Shown here piece after piece: positions 1-8,591 of a stretch of DNA of 32,000 bases (position 1 is its first letter; each line of letters opens with the position of its first letter). The stretch lies in assembly GCF_000012285.1 (NCBI RefSeq), contig NC_007181.1, positions 690,001 to 722,000 on the forward strand, read 5' to 3'. Below the pieces are notes generated by a model, which saw only the letters and a list, made by a program, of their open reading frames with translations, was not told the origin of the DNA and did no database searches. Source of the DNA: Sulfolobus acidocaldarius DSM 639. Lineage in GTDB: Archaea > Thermoproteota > Thermoprotei_A > Sulfolobales > Sulfolobaceae. Position numbers and translations under genes: made by a program.

Positions 1-1120
1 TTCCTTCTTTTGTAACTAAGTCCTTGTTTAATATTAATGTTTTCTTCTTAACAATTTTAGGTGTATCAAATTTTTTGAAAATACTCAAATCTTGTCCACT
101 ATAGGCTGAATGTCTTGATAAGTCATAATCAGATCTATATGCATGACCCGAGATTTCAACTTTTACGTTATCGATAACTACTATCTGGTCAAAGGTTTGT
201 TTGGAATAATGCGCTCTTTCATGTGGTAGTTTTTCCTCAAAGTAGAATGACGAAATGCCTAGTGAATTGACAAAATTTGAAGCAATACCCATCCAATAAG
301 CCATCCATTTGTTGATAACTATTTTCTCATTAACTATTTCACTGAACTTGTATTTTGTATATTTCTCTTCGCCTCTTGCTTTGTCGTCTCCTCTGAGAAT
401 GTTAATCTCTAGATCGTATAATCTATCTAAGGGAGGTTCTACGTCTGAATTTGGGTCAAAGAAGAATTCAACTTCCATTATAGTAAATTCTCTCATTCTT
501 ATGAGTCCTTGTCGGGGGGAGATCTCATTTCTACCTACTTTTCCGATTTGTGCAATACCTATTGGTAACTTCTGTCTAAATGCTTCATATACTCTCTTAA
601 ACGATGTAAACATTCCTTGAGCTGTTTCTGGTCTTAAAAATGCTTTATTTGTGGAATAAGGACCTATTCTGGTTTCAAATAATAAGTTGAATAGTCTGAC
701 TTCTCCGAGCTCTCCACCACATTTAGGACATTTTATTCCTTTCTCTCTAATTATTTTGTCTAACTCAGAAGGAGGAAGACCTTCAGTTGTGACCTTGGCT
801 ATTTCTTCCACCAAATGATCTGCTCTATATACATTATGGCATGAATTACATTCAACCACTGGATCAGTGAAATTATCCACATGACCACTGGCTTCTAGTA
901 CTTTATACGGCGTTAAAGCTGGTGTATCTATTTCTACAACAAAGTCAGAATTGTCTTTGATAAAATGCTTTCTCCAAAGGTCTACTATCTTATTTTTTAT
1001 TCTAACCCCTATAGGACCTATGTCATATAGTCCGGCTACGCCTCCATATATCTCATATGAAGGCCAAAAAATTCCTCTTCTTCTGGCAAGCTCGATAACC
1101 TTTGTTTGTAGATCAGCCAT
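1..1120 (-). CDS. glyS: glycine--tRNA ligase (archaeal/eukaryotic-type GlyRS), about the first 373 codons; the 3' end lies beyond the left window edge
   Basis: Absent from the ORF track because there is no stop codon in the window. The reverse complement from the ATG at 1120..1118 reads [54 protein letters not shown]. It stays open to position 1 and includes [14 protein letters not shown] and [16 protein letters not shown] (class II synthetase motifs). The + strand ORF 309..620 is its antisense shadow. Confidence 0.9.
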   Translation of the reverse strand, partial: MADLQTKVIELARRRGIFWPSYEIYGGVAGLYDIGPIGVRIKNKIVDLWRKHFIKDNSDFVVEIDTPALTPYKVLEASGHVDNFTDPVVECNSCHNVYRADHLVEEIAKVTTEGLPPSELDKIIREKGIKCPKCGGELGEVRLFNLLFETRIGPYSTNKAFLRPETAQGMFTSFKRVYEAFRQKLPIGIAQIGKVGRNEISPRQGLIRMREFTIMEVEFFFDPNSDVEPPLDRLYDLEINILRGDDKARGEEKYTKYKFSEIVNEKIVINKWMAYWMGIASNFVNSLGISSFYFEEKLPHERAHYSKQTFDQIVVIDNVKVEISGHAYRSDYDLSRHSAYSGQDLSIFKKFDTPKIVKKKTLILNKDLVTKEG

Positions 1121-1160
1121 ACAAGATTAAGCATATTAAAGAGGATAAAAAACTTCTATT

Positions 1161-2051
1161 ATGGTCGATTCAAGGCTTTTGTACCTCAACGAGAGTTCAA
1201 GGCAGTTTGCAGGTTTCAATAAAACTACATCTCCTTTTGTAATAGTAGGAATACCACTAGATATTACAAGCAGTTTTAGACCAGGCTCCAGATTCGCTCC
1301 CTCAGTAATCAGAGAAGTTGCACAATATATAGAATTTTATTCCATGAGAACTGGAATAGATATGGGTGAAATAGGATTTAGTGATGTAGGAGACATTGTT
1401 ATGCATCCATCAAATGTAGAAGAAAATATAAAACGCATAAAAGACGTAGTTTCTTACTTCTCCGAGAAGGGGAAAATTGTTGTAAGTATAGGTGGAGAGC
1501 ATAGTATAACAGTGGGTACAACTGAAGGAACAAATGCAGATTGTGTATTGAGCATTGATGCTCATCTAGATCTTAGGGACGAATATATGGGTTATAAGTA
1601 CGATCATGCTTGTGTAATGAGAAGGATTTCTGAAAGGGGAGTAAAGATTATTGAGCTAGGTACCAGAGCAGTATCTAAGGAGGAACTCGAATATGCAAAC
1701 CAAAAGGGTATAATGTATCTAAATCCTCGGCAAGTCAATTTATTAGGAATTAGAGGCACTGCTGAAAAGGTAAAAAGGGGATTAGCGGAATGTAAGAGGA
1801 TATACTTAACTTATGATATGGACGGAATAGATCCTGCATACGCTCCAGGAGTGGCAACTCCAGAGCCCGAAGGATTAGATCCTACTACAGTTCTAGAAAT
1901 AGTTAATATGGTTACGGATAAAAGAATTGTTGGGTTTGATGTGGTGGAAATATCGCCACCTCACGACCCATCCAACATAACTAGTGTCTTAGCATCTAGA
2001 TTTATACTTGAAACAGCATCTATAATATTTAAATCGCTTTCACTATCTTAA
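1161..2051 (+). CDS. speB: agmatinase / ureohydrolase family protein
   Basis: 296-aa ORF with an ATG start. It carries arginase-fold Mn-binding motifs [15 protein letters not shown] and [22 protein letters not shown]. Confidence 0.85.
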   Translation: MVDSRLLYLNESSRQFAGFNKTTSPFVIVGIPLDITSSFRPGSRFAPSVIREVAQYIEFYSMRTGIDMGEIGFSDVGDIVMHPSNVEENIKRIKDVVSYFSEKGKIVVSIGGEHSITVGTTEGTNADCVLSIDAHLDLRDEYMGYKYDHACVMRRISERGVKIIELGTRAVSKEELEYANQKGIMYLNPRQVNLLGIRGTAEKVKRGLAECKRIYLTYDMDGIDPAYAPGVATPEPEGLDPTTVLEIVNMVTDKRIVGFDVVEISPPHDPSNITSVLASRFILETASIIFKSLSLS

Positions 2052-2175
2052 CGGTAGGTTTTCTAACCATATAAATTATTCTGTAACCACAGTATGGACA
2101 TCTTACGCCAGGAAGTGTTTTTAGCTGGTCGTCATCTAATTCTTTCCAACACTTTCCACATCTGTACTTTGCCAT
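2029..2175 (-). CDS. rpoP: DNA-directed RNA polymerase subunit P (Rpo12), 48 aa
   Basis: Hand translation from the ATG at 2175..2173 gives [48 protein letters not shown], with a stop at 2031..2029. The CxxC...CxxC zinc ribbon and overall sequence match my recollection of Sulfolobus RpoP. It is too short for the ORF track. The track ORF 2132..2314 is a different frame and is rejected. Confidence 0.85.
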
Positions 2176-2262
2176 ATTTTGTTATACTTTTGTAAGGGGT
2201 ATTAAACCTAACTATTTGGTAGAAAAGTTGAAAAATCCCATTGTCATAAATTTTCTTGGAAA

Positions 2263-2562
2263 ATGTCTGATCTATGTGGAGGATTGCCACCAGATATATG
2301 TGAGCAATTAACAAAAGAGGAACAATTTATAAAAATAAAGGTTGAAAAGAGAAGATACGGGAAAGAGGTAACTATTGTAGAGGGAATATCAAATGATGAA
2401 ACTGAATTAAAGAAAATAGCGTCAGAACTAAAATCAAAGTTAGCTGCAGGAGGAACTGTTAAGAATGGGAAAATTGAACTACAGGGAGATCATAGGGATA
2501 GAGTTAAAGAGCTGTTAATTAAAATGGGGTTTCCTGAATCAAATATTCTTGTAATAGAATAA
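2263..2562 (+). CDS. translation initiation factor aSUI1 (eIF1 homolog)
   Basis: 99-aa ORF with an ATG start. The SUI1-type core is [14 protein letters not shown]...[35 protein letters not shown]. Confidence 0.85.
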   Translation: MSDLCGGLPPDICEQLTKEEQFIKIKVEKRRYGKEVTIVEGISNDETELKKIASELKSKLAAGGTVKNGKIELQGDHRDRVKELLIKMGFPESNILVIE

Positions 2563-2671
2563 AAATGAAATAGAATAAAAACAAAAAGGAGGTAAGAAAT
2601 ATTCTCATATACAGATAGTTTATAATTCAGGACAAAGAAAGTGTCTAGTTCAAGGGAATTATTTATTACGT

Positions 2672-3595
2672 TTATTGACTTGGAATCTGTATCTTTAATT
2701 CTTGAGTTAACTCTTTATATCTATTCCTAACCGTAACTTCCGTTACGCCAGCTACCTGTGCAATTTCCTTCTGTGTTCTTCTTTCATCATTCAATAATGC
2801 TGCTATATAAATTGCAGCAGCCGCTAGACCCGCGGGATCTTTACCAGCAGTTAATCCTGAATTCTTAGCCTTTTCTATTATCTCTGCGGCATGCTTCATT
2901 GTTATACCACTTAAACTTAATAGAGTACCTATTCTAGTAACGTAATCCTTAGGATCACTAACTGGTACCTCTATGTCTAATTCTCTCAGTATTAGCCTAT
3001 AACATCTGGCAACTTCTTTTCTATTAGCCTTAGTGAATTGGGCTATTTCGTCTAGTGTTCTAGCCATTTTCATTCTTCTACATGCTGCATAAATTGAAGC
3101 TGCAACGACACTCTCAATACTTCTTCCTCTGACTAGTCCTTTCTCTACGGCTTTTCTGTAAATTAGAGCAGCTTCGTCCTTAACTGCTTTAGGCAAATTG
3201 AGTAAATTACCAATTCTCTCAAGCTCGTTCATAGCTTGTGCTAGGTTTCTGTCTATTGAGGATTGAATCCTTGTCCTTATCTGCCATTTTCTCCATCTTA
3301 GTACTTCTAATCTCCTCTTAGGGTCTAAAGACCTTCCCATAGCATCTTTGTCTTTCCAATCTATAACAGTAGATATTCCCATATCATGGATTGTTTGATT
3401 TAAAGGTCCACCTACTCTACTCCTCTTCTCTTTCTCTTCTGGAGTAAATGCCCTCCACTCAGGACCTTGATCAATTATTCTTTCTTCTATTACTTCACCT
3501 GTCTCAGTACAAATATATTCTCCACGTTCTTCATCAAATATTATCTTGTCAGGTGGACATAGGGAGGAAGAAGGAACCTTACTTTGTTCTACCAT
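2672..3595 (-). CDS. tfb: transcription initiation factor IIB (TFB)
   Basis: It has an N-terminal Zn-ribbon region ([38 protein letters not shown]) and two cyclin-like repeats. The track start at 3607 is a TTG. I prefer the ATG at 3595 (MVEQSK...), which lies about 27 nt downstream of a TATA-like box. Confidence 0.9.
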   Translation of the reverse strand: MVEQSKVPSSSLCPPDKIIFDEERGEYICTETGEVIEERIIDQGPEWRAFTPEEKEKRSRVGGPLNQTIHDMGISTVIDWKDKDAMGRSLDPKRRLEVLRWRKWQIRTRIQSSIDRNLAQAMNELERIGNLLNLPKAVKDEAALIYRKAVEKGLVRGRSIESVVAASIYAACRRMKMARTLDEIAQFTKANRKEVARCYRLILRELDIEVPVSDPKDYVTRIGTLLSLSGITMKHAAEIIEKAKNSGLTAGKDPAGLAAAAIYIAALLNDERRTQKEIAQVAGVTEVTVRNRYKELTQELKIQIPSQ

Positions 3596-3615
3596 TTCAC
3601 CACCCAAAATACAAA

Positions 3616-3626
3616 AATTTTAAAAA
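3616..3626 (-). promoter_or_regulatory. TATA-like box for tfb
   Basis: The reverse complement reads TTTTTAAAAT, centred about 27 nt upstream of the ATG at 3595. This spacing is typical of leaderless Sulfolobus promoters. Confidence 0.45.
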
Positions 3627-3703
3627 CCCTCTTTATATCGTCTACAGAAACATATTTAAGTTTTTTGCTCCTTAAGAATATATAAGGGGAAATCGAAGTG
3701 AAC

Positions 3704-3973
3704 ATGAGACTTATATTAACAGGTCTTGGTCTGGTATTTATTGGCGCTATAATACTAGCATTTTCAGAAGTATTATCATCCCCCCAAGTGTCAGGTACAA
3801 CTAGTAGTAATGTGGGAGGTTTTATCCTTATAGGACCTATACCTATAGTATTTGGAAGTGGAAATCAAGCGTTATTTCCACAACTTATGACCTTTGGGAT
3901 AATACTGACAATAATAGCAATACTATTTTATGTATTACCATTTATCCTCCTTAGGAAAAATCAAAGAAATTAA
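3704..3973 (+). CDS. small membrane protein (2-3 TM; resembles the archaeal DUF131/TIGR00304-type family from memory)
   Basis: The ORF has hydrophobic segments LILTGLGLVFIGAIILAF, GGFILIGPIPIVFG and MTFGIILTIIAILFYVLPFILL. The track start at 3698 is a GTG and there is an ATG at 3704. AATATATAA at 3677..3685 is a plausible TATA box. Confidence 0.6.
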   Translation: MRLILTGLGLVFIGAIILAFSEVLSSPQVSGTTSSNVGGFILIGPIPIVFGSGNQALFPQLMTFGIILTIIAILFYVLPFILLRKNQRN

Positions 3974-4066
3974 GAGGCAGAATTTCATTTTAATTAGGTT
4001 TACTTATGAGCCCACAATAGCTAACTCTTCCTCTCAATCTGCATTTCTATCCTAACGTAAATCTTT

Positions 4067-4357
4067 TTAATTCATTGGGCTTAATATATCTCGCCGCGGT
4101 AGTACAGCCCGGTCAAGCTTAATGCGCCGGTAGTATGCGGGCCTCTCAAGCCCGTGACCCGGGTTCAAATCCCGGCCGCGGCACTCTCTTAGGTGGTTTT
4201 CCCCTAATATCCCCATATAAGTTTCTATGATCTTATCTAAGGCACCAACGTAACTTTGCCTTTCCTTACCGTCTCGACCCTTCTCTGTGATATAGACATA
4301 ATGCTTCCCCTTAATCTCTTTTATATAGAATTTAGAAGAGACGTAAAAGTTAGGCAT
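4067..4357 (-). pseudogene. SSV-type (partitioned) integrase N-terminal fragment, Int(N), reading antisense through tRNA-Glu
   Basis: The ORF begins MPNFYVSSKFYIKEIKGKHYVYITEKGRDGKERQSYVGALDKIIETYMGIL and then runs antisense across the tRNA (CRGRDLNPGHGLERP). The pattern KGK-YVY...G-ER-YVG-L...E-Y matches my recollection of the SSV1 integrase N-terminus, whose attP lies inside the int gene. No catalytic C-terminal part follows. Confidence 0.65.
4093..4183 (+). tRNA. tRNA-Glu (anticodon CUC) with a 16-nt insert in the D-arm (putative non-canonical intron); CCA not encoded
   Basis: Parsed as GCCGCGG TA GTAC AGCCCGGTCAA [GCTTAATGCGCCGGTA] GTAT G CGGGC CTCTCAA GCCCG TGAC CCGGG TTCAAAT CCCGG CCGCGGC A. 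The acceptor, anticodon and T stems pair perfectly. The D stem (GTAC/GTAT, one G-U pair) forms only once the bracketed 16 nt are removed. A 4-nt variable loop is usual for tRNA-Glu. TTTTTAA at about 4064..4070 is a plausible TATA box. Confidence 0.8.
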
Positions 4358-4381
4358 TCAATTACAATATTACACGCACAC

Positions 4382-4389
4382 TTATATAT
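4382..4389 (-). promoter_or_regulatory. TATA-like box upstream of the Int(N) fragment
   Basis: TTATATAT is centred about 29 nt upstream of the ATG at 4357. Confidence 0.35.
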
Positions 4390-4941
4390 TCATTCTCTAT
4401 CGCAAAATATCTCAGCAATCCAAAGAAGAGGAAAATCTCGTCAAGAATATGGTTTATTATCATTATAATTTTCGGTGATAAACTAGGAGGTTTATCGTAA
4501 AATTATCGATCTAATAGAAATACCTCGGCAAAATATTTTTGTTAAGTCCTTAGAGATATATAATCACTTCTCATCTAGTCAAGGAAAACGAGTTTACAAA
4601 ACTTGTCCTCAACTTTGAAAGCTTATGAAATCATATTTGACATAGACGTCTTTCTAATATTCTAGTTTATTCTTATTCTGGGCGTCACTAATGATAAGTA
4701 GTCTACACTATTGTTTCGTAACGCACGTCGATAAAGTTGCTTTAAGTATTTTTAGTCACTGCAGGACGTAAAAGGAAAGGGTTTTGATACAAGTTTGTCA
4801 AAAGGATGATAAAGCCCTATTAATTTGGGCAGAGATACCTTAAGAGTCAGTGGAATTTCTCTCACACTTAAAAACTTCTTTGGCTAGAAAAGATCAGTTA
4901 ATCGAGCTAACGTATCCATAATTCTTAATCTATTTTCATTT

Positions 4942-6009
4942 TTAGCTAGTCAACTCTTTCTCAATGAACTCCCACATCTTTGACCTGAATTTATCTTCAC
5001 TGAACTCGGTTGCCCTTTCGTGGAGTTCTTTCCTGAATCTCCTATCGACCTCCATTGCTTCCTTGATTAGTTTACTCGCCTCCTCTACGTTTTTATACTT
5101 AAACTCAGGTGCAACCTCCTTAGCTCCGCTCTCTTCAGGGACAACGGGCACTAGACCTGCTGACATTGCCTCAACAACTGGAATTCCAAAGTGTTCTCCC
5201 AGGGTAGGGTGGAAATACACAGATGCCCTGCTCATGAGCTTAACTAATTCTTGGGGTGTAAGGTCAGTCAAGATGTGAATGTCTGCACCCATCTTTCTGG
5301 AAAGTTTCAACAACTTGTTGTAGTACCCTTTTTCTCTGAGAGACCCGACAATTACTCCTTTTACCTTAGATAGAGCGGATACTAATACAGCGTTCTCCAA
5401 CATCTTACCCCTTTCTATTCTTCCCACAGTCAAGAAGAACTTTTCCCTTTCTCCCTCATGATACGCACTTGAGAAAGTTTCGACATCCACTGGTGGATAT
5501 ACTACGTCCCTGACCTCTATCTGATAGACTTTGGACAGAGCTTGAGCGGAGTACCAGGAGTTAGCCACAAACCTGGCTTTCTTAGCCTCGTCTTTTAAGG
5601 ACGAAAGAATTCCCTTAAAGGGTAACAGGTAGATCTTCCAGAGACCAGAGGAATATTTACTAGGTAAATCTGAGATTGCAGGAGCTCCTGCATATATTAT
5701 ATGCTTTGCGAAATTAGAAAGGGGAATAGGAACTCCAGACGCGTTAAGAAATGCGTCCAAACTAACCTTGACCTTTTTAGCACTGAAATATGTTAACAAT
5801 CGTTGATATTTATCAAATCTGGGAATCGAGAAGGGAACCAAATAAACTGGGTTCCTTACTTGAACTAAGGGCTTCGCAAAACTTACTGAGAAGTAGTCGA
5901 CCCCTTTCTCCTCCAGCATTTTGAAAAATGATTTATATACCCTCCCCTCTCCACTATACCCCTTGCTCATACCAATGCCGTGTGCTATTACCGCAATTTT
6001 TAACCTCAT
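4942..6009 (-). CDS. glycosyltransferase, GT-B fold (family 4/1-like)
   Basis: The C-terminal motif is [28 protein letters not shown] (the E-x7-E type signature of retaining GT4 enzymes). The track start at 6015 is a GTG and there is an ATG at 6009 ([11 protein letters not shown]). Confidence 0.8.
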   Translation of the reverse strand: MRLKIAVIAHGIGMSKGYSGEGRVYKSFFKMLEEKGVDYFSVSFAKPLVQVRNPVYLVPFSIPRFDKYQRLLTYFSAKKVKVSLDAFLNASGVPIPLSNFAKHIIYAGAPAISDLPSKYSSGLWKIYLLPFKGILSSLKDEAKKARFVANSWYSAQALSKVYQIEVRDVVYPPVDVETFSSAYHEGEREKFFLTVGRIERGKMLENAVLVSALSKVKGVIVGSLREKGYYNKLLKLSRKMGADIHILTDLTPQELVKLMSRASVYFHPTLGEHFGIPVVEAMSAGLVPVVPEESGAKEVAPEFKYKNVEEASKLIKEAMEVDRRFRKELHERATEFSEDKFRSKMWEFIEKELTS

Positions 6010-6028
6010 ATTCACTAAATTTAATTTA

Positions 6029-6892
6029 ATGGTAGAGATTATAATTCCTGTTGGACCAGGGGACAGGCTAGAGTGGGTAAGAGAAAGTGTAAGTTCAGCC
6101 CTAAGACAAAAGGTGGACAGGGTAGTGGTATACGATAATAGTGAGAGACCCGACCTAGGCGATTATCTTAGTTCTCTCGCCGTCGAGTACATCAAGGGAC
6201 CCAGGATGAGAAAAATAAATATGGCTAAATTAAGAAACATCATGTTATCCTTGTCAAAAGACGACGTGATCATCATGTTAGATAGTGACGTTGTTATTCC
6301 ATACGATTGGAGCCAGAGACTAGTAGAGAAAATAAGAAGTGGTGTACACTTTACCTGGATGCATTACGCATATTCGACTAACGACATTATGAAACCGCTC
6401 GCTCCAGGTGAGAATAATCCCAATCTAGGGTGCTCAGCCCTCTCTTCTAAGGTTAAGGATATAGGGTTCGATGAGAGGTACGAGAGGGACGAAGACATAT
6501 GGCTTTATGCCAAACTTAGAAAATTAGGTTTTAAGGCTGAGCCAACTGAAGGAAGATGTCTTCATTTAAACTCTACCCACGCTAGGCTAGACTTCAGGTC
6601 TTCCCTGAAGGAGGCAAAGAGGAACCTTTGGAGATCCAAGTATGATATGAGGCTAATAAGGGATGGGTTAGTTGATTTCACGTTTCTTACAGGTTATTCT
6701 TACTATGGAAGCTATTTTCTAGTGGGAGTTCTAGGAGTAATATACGCTCCACTTTGGCTACTCTACCTTCCAATAATAGCATATGGAATAGAGTATTACG
6801 GTGGCGTCAAGAGCTTCCTTCTAAATCTTATCCCTGGACTGGCTCTAGTAACTTCTCTGCCATATGGGCTGGTCAGTGCTCTTAAGGATTAG
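6029..6892 (+). CDS. glycosyltransferase family 2-like with a C-terminal membrane region
   Basis: From the ATG at 6029 it reads [27 protein letters not shown]...VVVYDNS...IIMLDSDVV (GT-A fold with a DxD motif). The C-terminus has 2-3 hydrophobic helices. The track start at 5921 would overlap the divergent GT4 gene and is rejected. Confidence 0.75.
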   Translation: MVEIIIPVGPGDRLEWVRESVSSALRQKVDRVVVYDNSERPDLGDYLSSLAVEYIKGPRMRKINMAKLRNIMLSLSKDDVIIMLDSDVVIPYDWSQRLVEKIRSGVHFTWMHYAYSTNDIMKPLAPGENNPNLGCSALSSKVKDIGFDERYERDEDIWLYAKLRKLGFKAEPTEGRCLHLNSTHARLDFRSSLKEAKRNLWRSKYDMRLIRDGLVDFTFLTGYSYYGSYFLVGVLGVIYAPLWLLYLPIIAYGIEYYGGVKSFLLNLIPGLALVTSLPYGLVSALKD

Positions 6893-7525
6893 TATACTTA
6901 AGAATTAGTCTTTTCGATGTCGTAGTCACCTTATCCCAACTTGAGTTTAGTTTTAAGTTGAGGTTAACAGGCTAGATGTTTCGCTCACCCTAGATCTATT
7001 TTTCCTGATTTTTCCAGGAAGTTAAGAGCATTTCAAGTCAGCCGTGTCCTTTCATCAAACTCTCTAACAAATACAAGGAAGATTATTATATGCACTTTTG
7101 ACGGTAGGTATGTTATAGTAGACTACAGGCATACCCGTCACTAGGGACTCTAATTAACTAATTAAAAGTTATTATAATTGGAGGGAGAAATTAATTCTCT
7201 AGCCATACTGACTACTTGACTAGCTACTTCAGCTAGTTTTTCCTCTTCTAGGAAATTGGATATTCTATGCTGTTTCTTACTTTGAGTTTCACATATGTCT
7301 TTTTATCCGCTTAGGTTAAGCTAGATACTCAAGATTGGTGTTAGTTTTCATAGTCTTGAGTGATTCCGAAGGTTCCTTCCGCTAAGACGAGTAGATACAA
7401 GCAAAGCTACGTCTTATACAGTTATTTGTTATTTCTAGTGTTATTCGGTCTCTTGATATACTTATCAGCTTTATTTTTAATATTTTAAGCCGAATGTATT
7501 TTAAAACTACTCTAAACTTATTTCC

Positions 7526-8449
7526 TTAAGTTCCCTGTAATATACTGTACAACATTTTTACTCTTTTTGCAGGATGAGGATGTGTCATTAGTATATCTGC
7601 AAATGGGGATATGTGCTCGTGTAACCATTTCATAACTAGCTCTTCTGCATCTCTTTCGTTCTCCTTTAGCTTTATTGGCGGAGCGGTTATTATAATTCCT
7701 GTAAACGGATCTGTTCTAATATTTTGGGCATATATCTGAATTTTAGCCAGAGCAGTAGCTAGATAAGGTGCTTTATCTTTGTAAAGTGTTGCTGAATGGA
7801 AATCAGCAAAGGATTCTCTTAATCTATTGAACCAAAGTACAAATATTTGTAATAAGAAAGTGAGTACGAATAGCACACCTCCTATTGCGAGCATAGCTAG
7901 CCCTAAAATTAACTCTACTTCATCTCCTGCGAAGAATAATAATGTCCAACCTGTAAATAATAGAAAGTTACCTACGTATCCTATTATAGTAGGTATGAGA
8001 CCTAGTGCCATTCCAATTTCTACGTCCAAATGTTTTATATGTCCAACTTCATGTGCTAACACAGCCTCAAGTTCATCTTGGTTTAATATATCTAGTAAAG
8101 GTTTAGTAACTGCTACTCTTTTTCCTGTTATATAATTACCAAATGCAAAGGCATTTGGATACTCCTCATATGATATAAAGACTCTAGGAGTAGGAACTTT
8201 TGATTCCATAGCTATTTTTCTCACAATTTCGTACAATGGGTCACCAGGACCTACTTCTTCCGTATTTCTCCCTACTAGATAAGGGGCTATTAGCCATTGT
8301 ATTAGCCATAAGATAACTAAAAAAATGGCAGTAAATATTGTAGGGATACCAATAATTGAGACAATGAGATATGTTATAATTCCCTCAGCGATTATAGTCA
8401 ATGTTCCTGACAAGAACATTAATGTTTTAAGTTTTCTTCCTACGTTCAC
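7526..8449 (-). CDS. htpX: membrane zinc metalloprotease, HtpX homolog (peptidase M48)
   Basis: It has the HEVGHIKH (HExxH) motif and four hydrophobic helices. The C-terminus reads HPHPAKRV. The start at 8449 is a GTG, with an alternative ATG at 8419. Confidence 0.85.
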   Translation of the reverse strand: MNVGRKLKTLMFLSGTLTIIAEGIITYLIVSIIGIPTIFTAIFLVILWLIQWLIAPYLVGRNTEEVGPGDPLYEIVRKIAMESKVPTPRVFISYEEYPNAFAFGNYITGKRVAVTKPLLDILNQDELEAVLAHEVGHIKHLDVEIGMALGLIPTIIGYVGNFLLFTGWTLLFFAGDEVELILGLAMLAIGGVLFVLTFLLQIFVLWFNRLRESFADFHSATLYKDKAPYLATALAKIQIYAQNIRTDPFTGIIITAPPIKLKENERDAEELVMKWLHEHISPFADILMTHPHPAKRVKMLYSILQGT

Positions 8450-8591
8450 GGTTTGTTTTTAGTAAACCTCTAAATTATATTTTTTATTCAAGAGTCTTGC
8501 TTTAAGTCAAACAGGGATAGAAATGAAATTCAATCCTTTGGTGTTGCTATTATATACAGTATTTCTTCACGGTAAGCTTTCCATATAAGTT

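Larger units (their letters stand above)
4184..7525. mobile_element. compositionally distinct island next to the tRNA-Glu/Int(N) junction; possible remnant of an integrated element. The right border is not defined.
   Basis: The left end is the tRNA 3' end with the Int(N) fragment. It holds two G+C-richer glycosyltransferase genes flanked by about 580 bp (4358..4941) and about 630 bp (6893..7525) without ORFs of 60 aa or more. Hand counts give 29/60 G+C at 6061..6120 and 34/60 at 5101..5160, against 17/60 at 12001..12060. No second att copy or Int(C) was found. Confidence 0.35.

Noticed and set aside
309-620. 103-aa + strand ORF from the track
   Set aside because: It lies entirely antisense to the GlyRS coding frame, which has strong family motifs. 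It starts at a TTG and has low-complexity Leu/Ser/Ile-rich composition typical of shadow ORFs in AT-rich DNA.
2132-2314. 60-aa minus-strand ORF from the track
   Set aside because: It is in a different frame from the convincing rpoP ORF (2029..2175) and runs into the aSUI1 start region. It has no motif.
3448-3675. 75-aa + strand ORF overlapping the tfb 5' end
   Set aside because: It is an antisense shadow of tfb and its promoter region.
4256-4468. 70-aa + strand ORF opposite the Int(N) fragment
   Set aside because: It is an antisense shadow with no motif. The Int(N) reading has a family-like pattern and a correctly spaced TATA box.
4964-5278. 104-aa + strand ORF inside the GT4 gene
   Set aside because: It is an antisense shadow, Ser/Leu-rich, and the GT4 frame carries the family signature.
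5921-6028. N-terminal extension of the GT2 ORF (track start 5921)
   Set aside because: It would overlap the divergent GT4 coding region by about 90 nt. The GT-A fold begins right at MVEIIIPVG (ATG at 6029).
4698-7126. 9-bp inverted match GTAGTCTAC (4698..4706) / GTAGACTAC (7118..7126) flanking the glycosyltransferase pair, as possible terminal inverted repeats
   Set aside because: A rough estimate gives a few 9-mer matches by chance between two roughly 600-bp regions. The match does not extend, and there is no transposase.
7133-7146. ACCCGTCACTAGGG resembles the tRNA-Glu segment GCCCGTGACCCGGG (10 of 14) and could be a decayed right-hand att site
   Set aside because: Similarity does not extend on either side, no Int(C)-like ORF lies next to it, and a match of this size is expected by chance.
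7220-7241. Hairpin CTAGCT-ACTTC-AGCTAG followed by TTTTT, resembling an intrinsic terminator
   Set aside because: It lies about 330 nt downstream of the nearest + strand gene, the stem is only 6 bp, and archaeal termination does not need hairpins. It is probably fortuitous.
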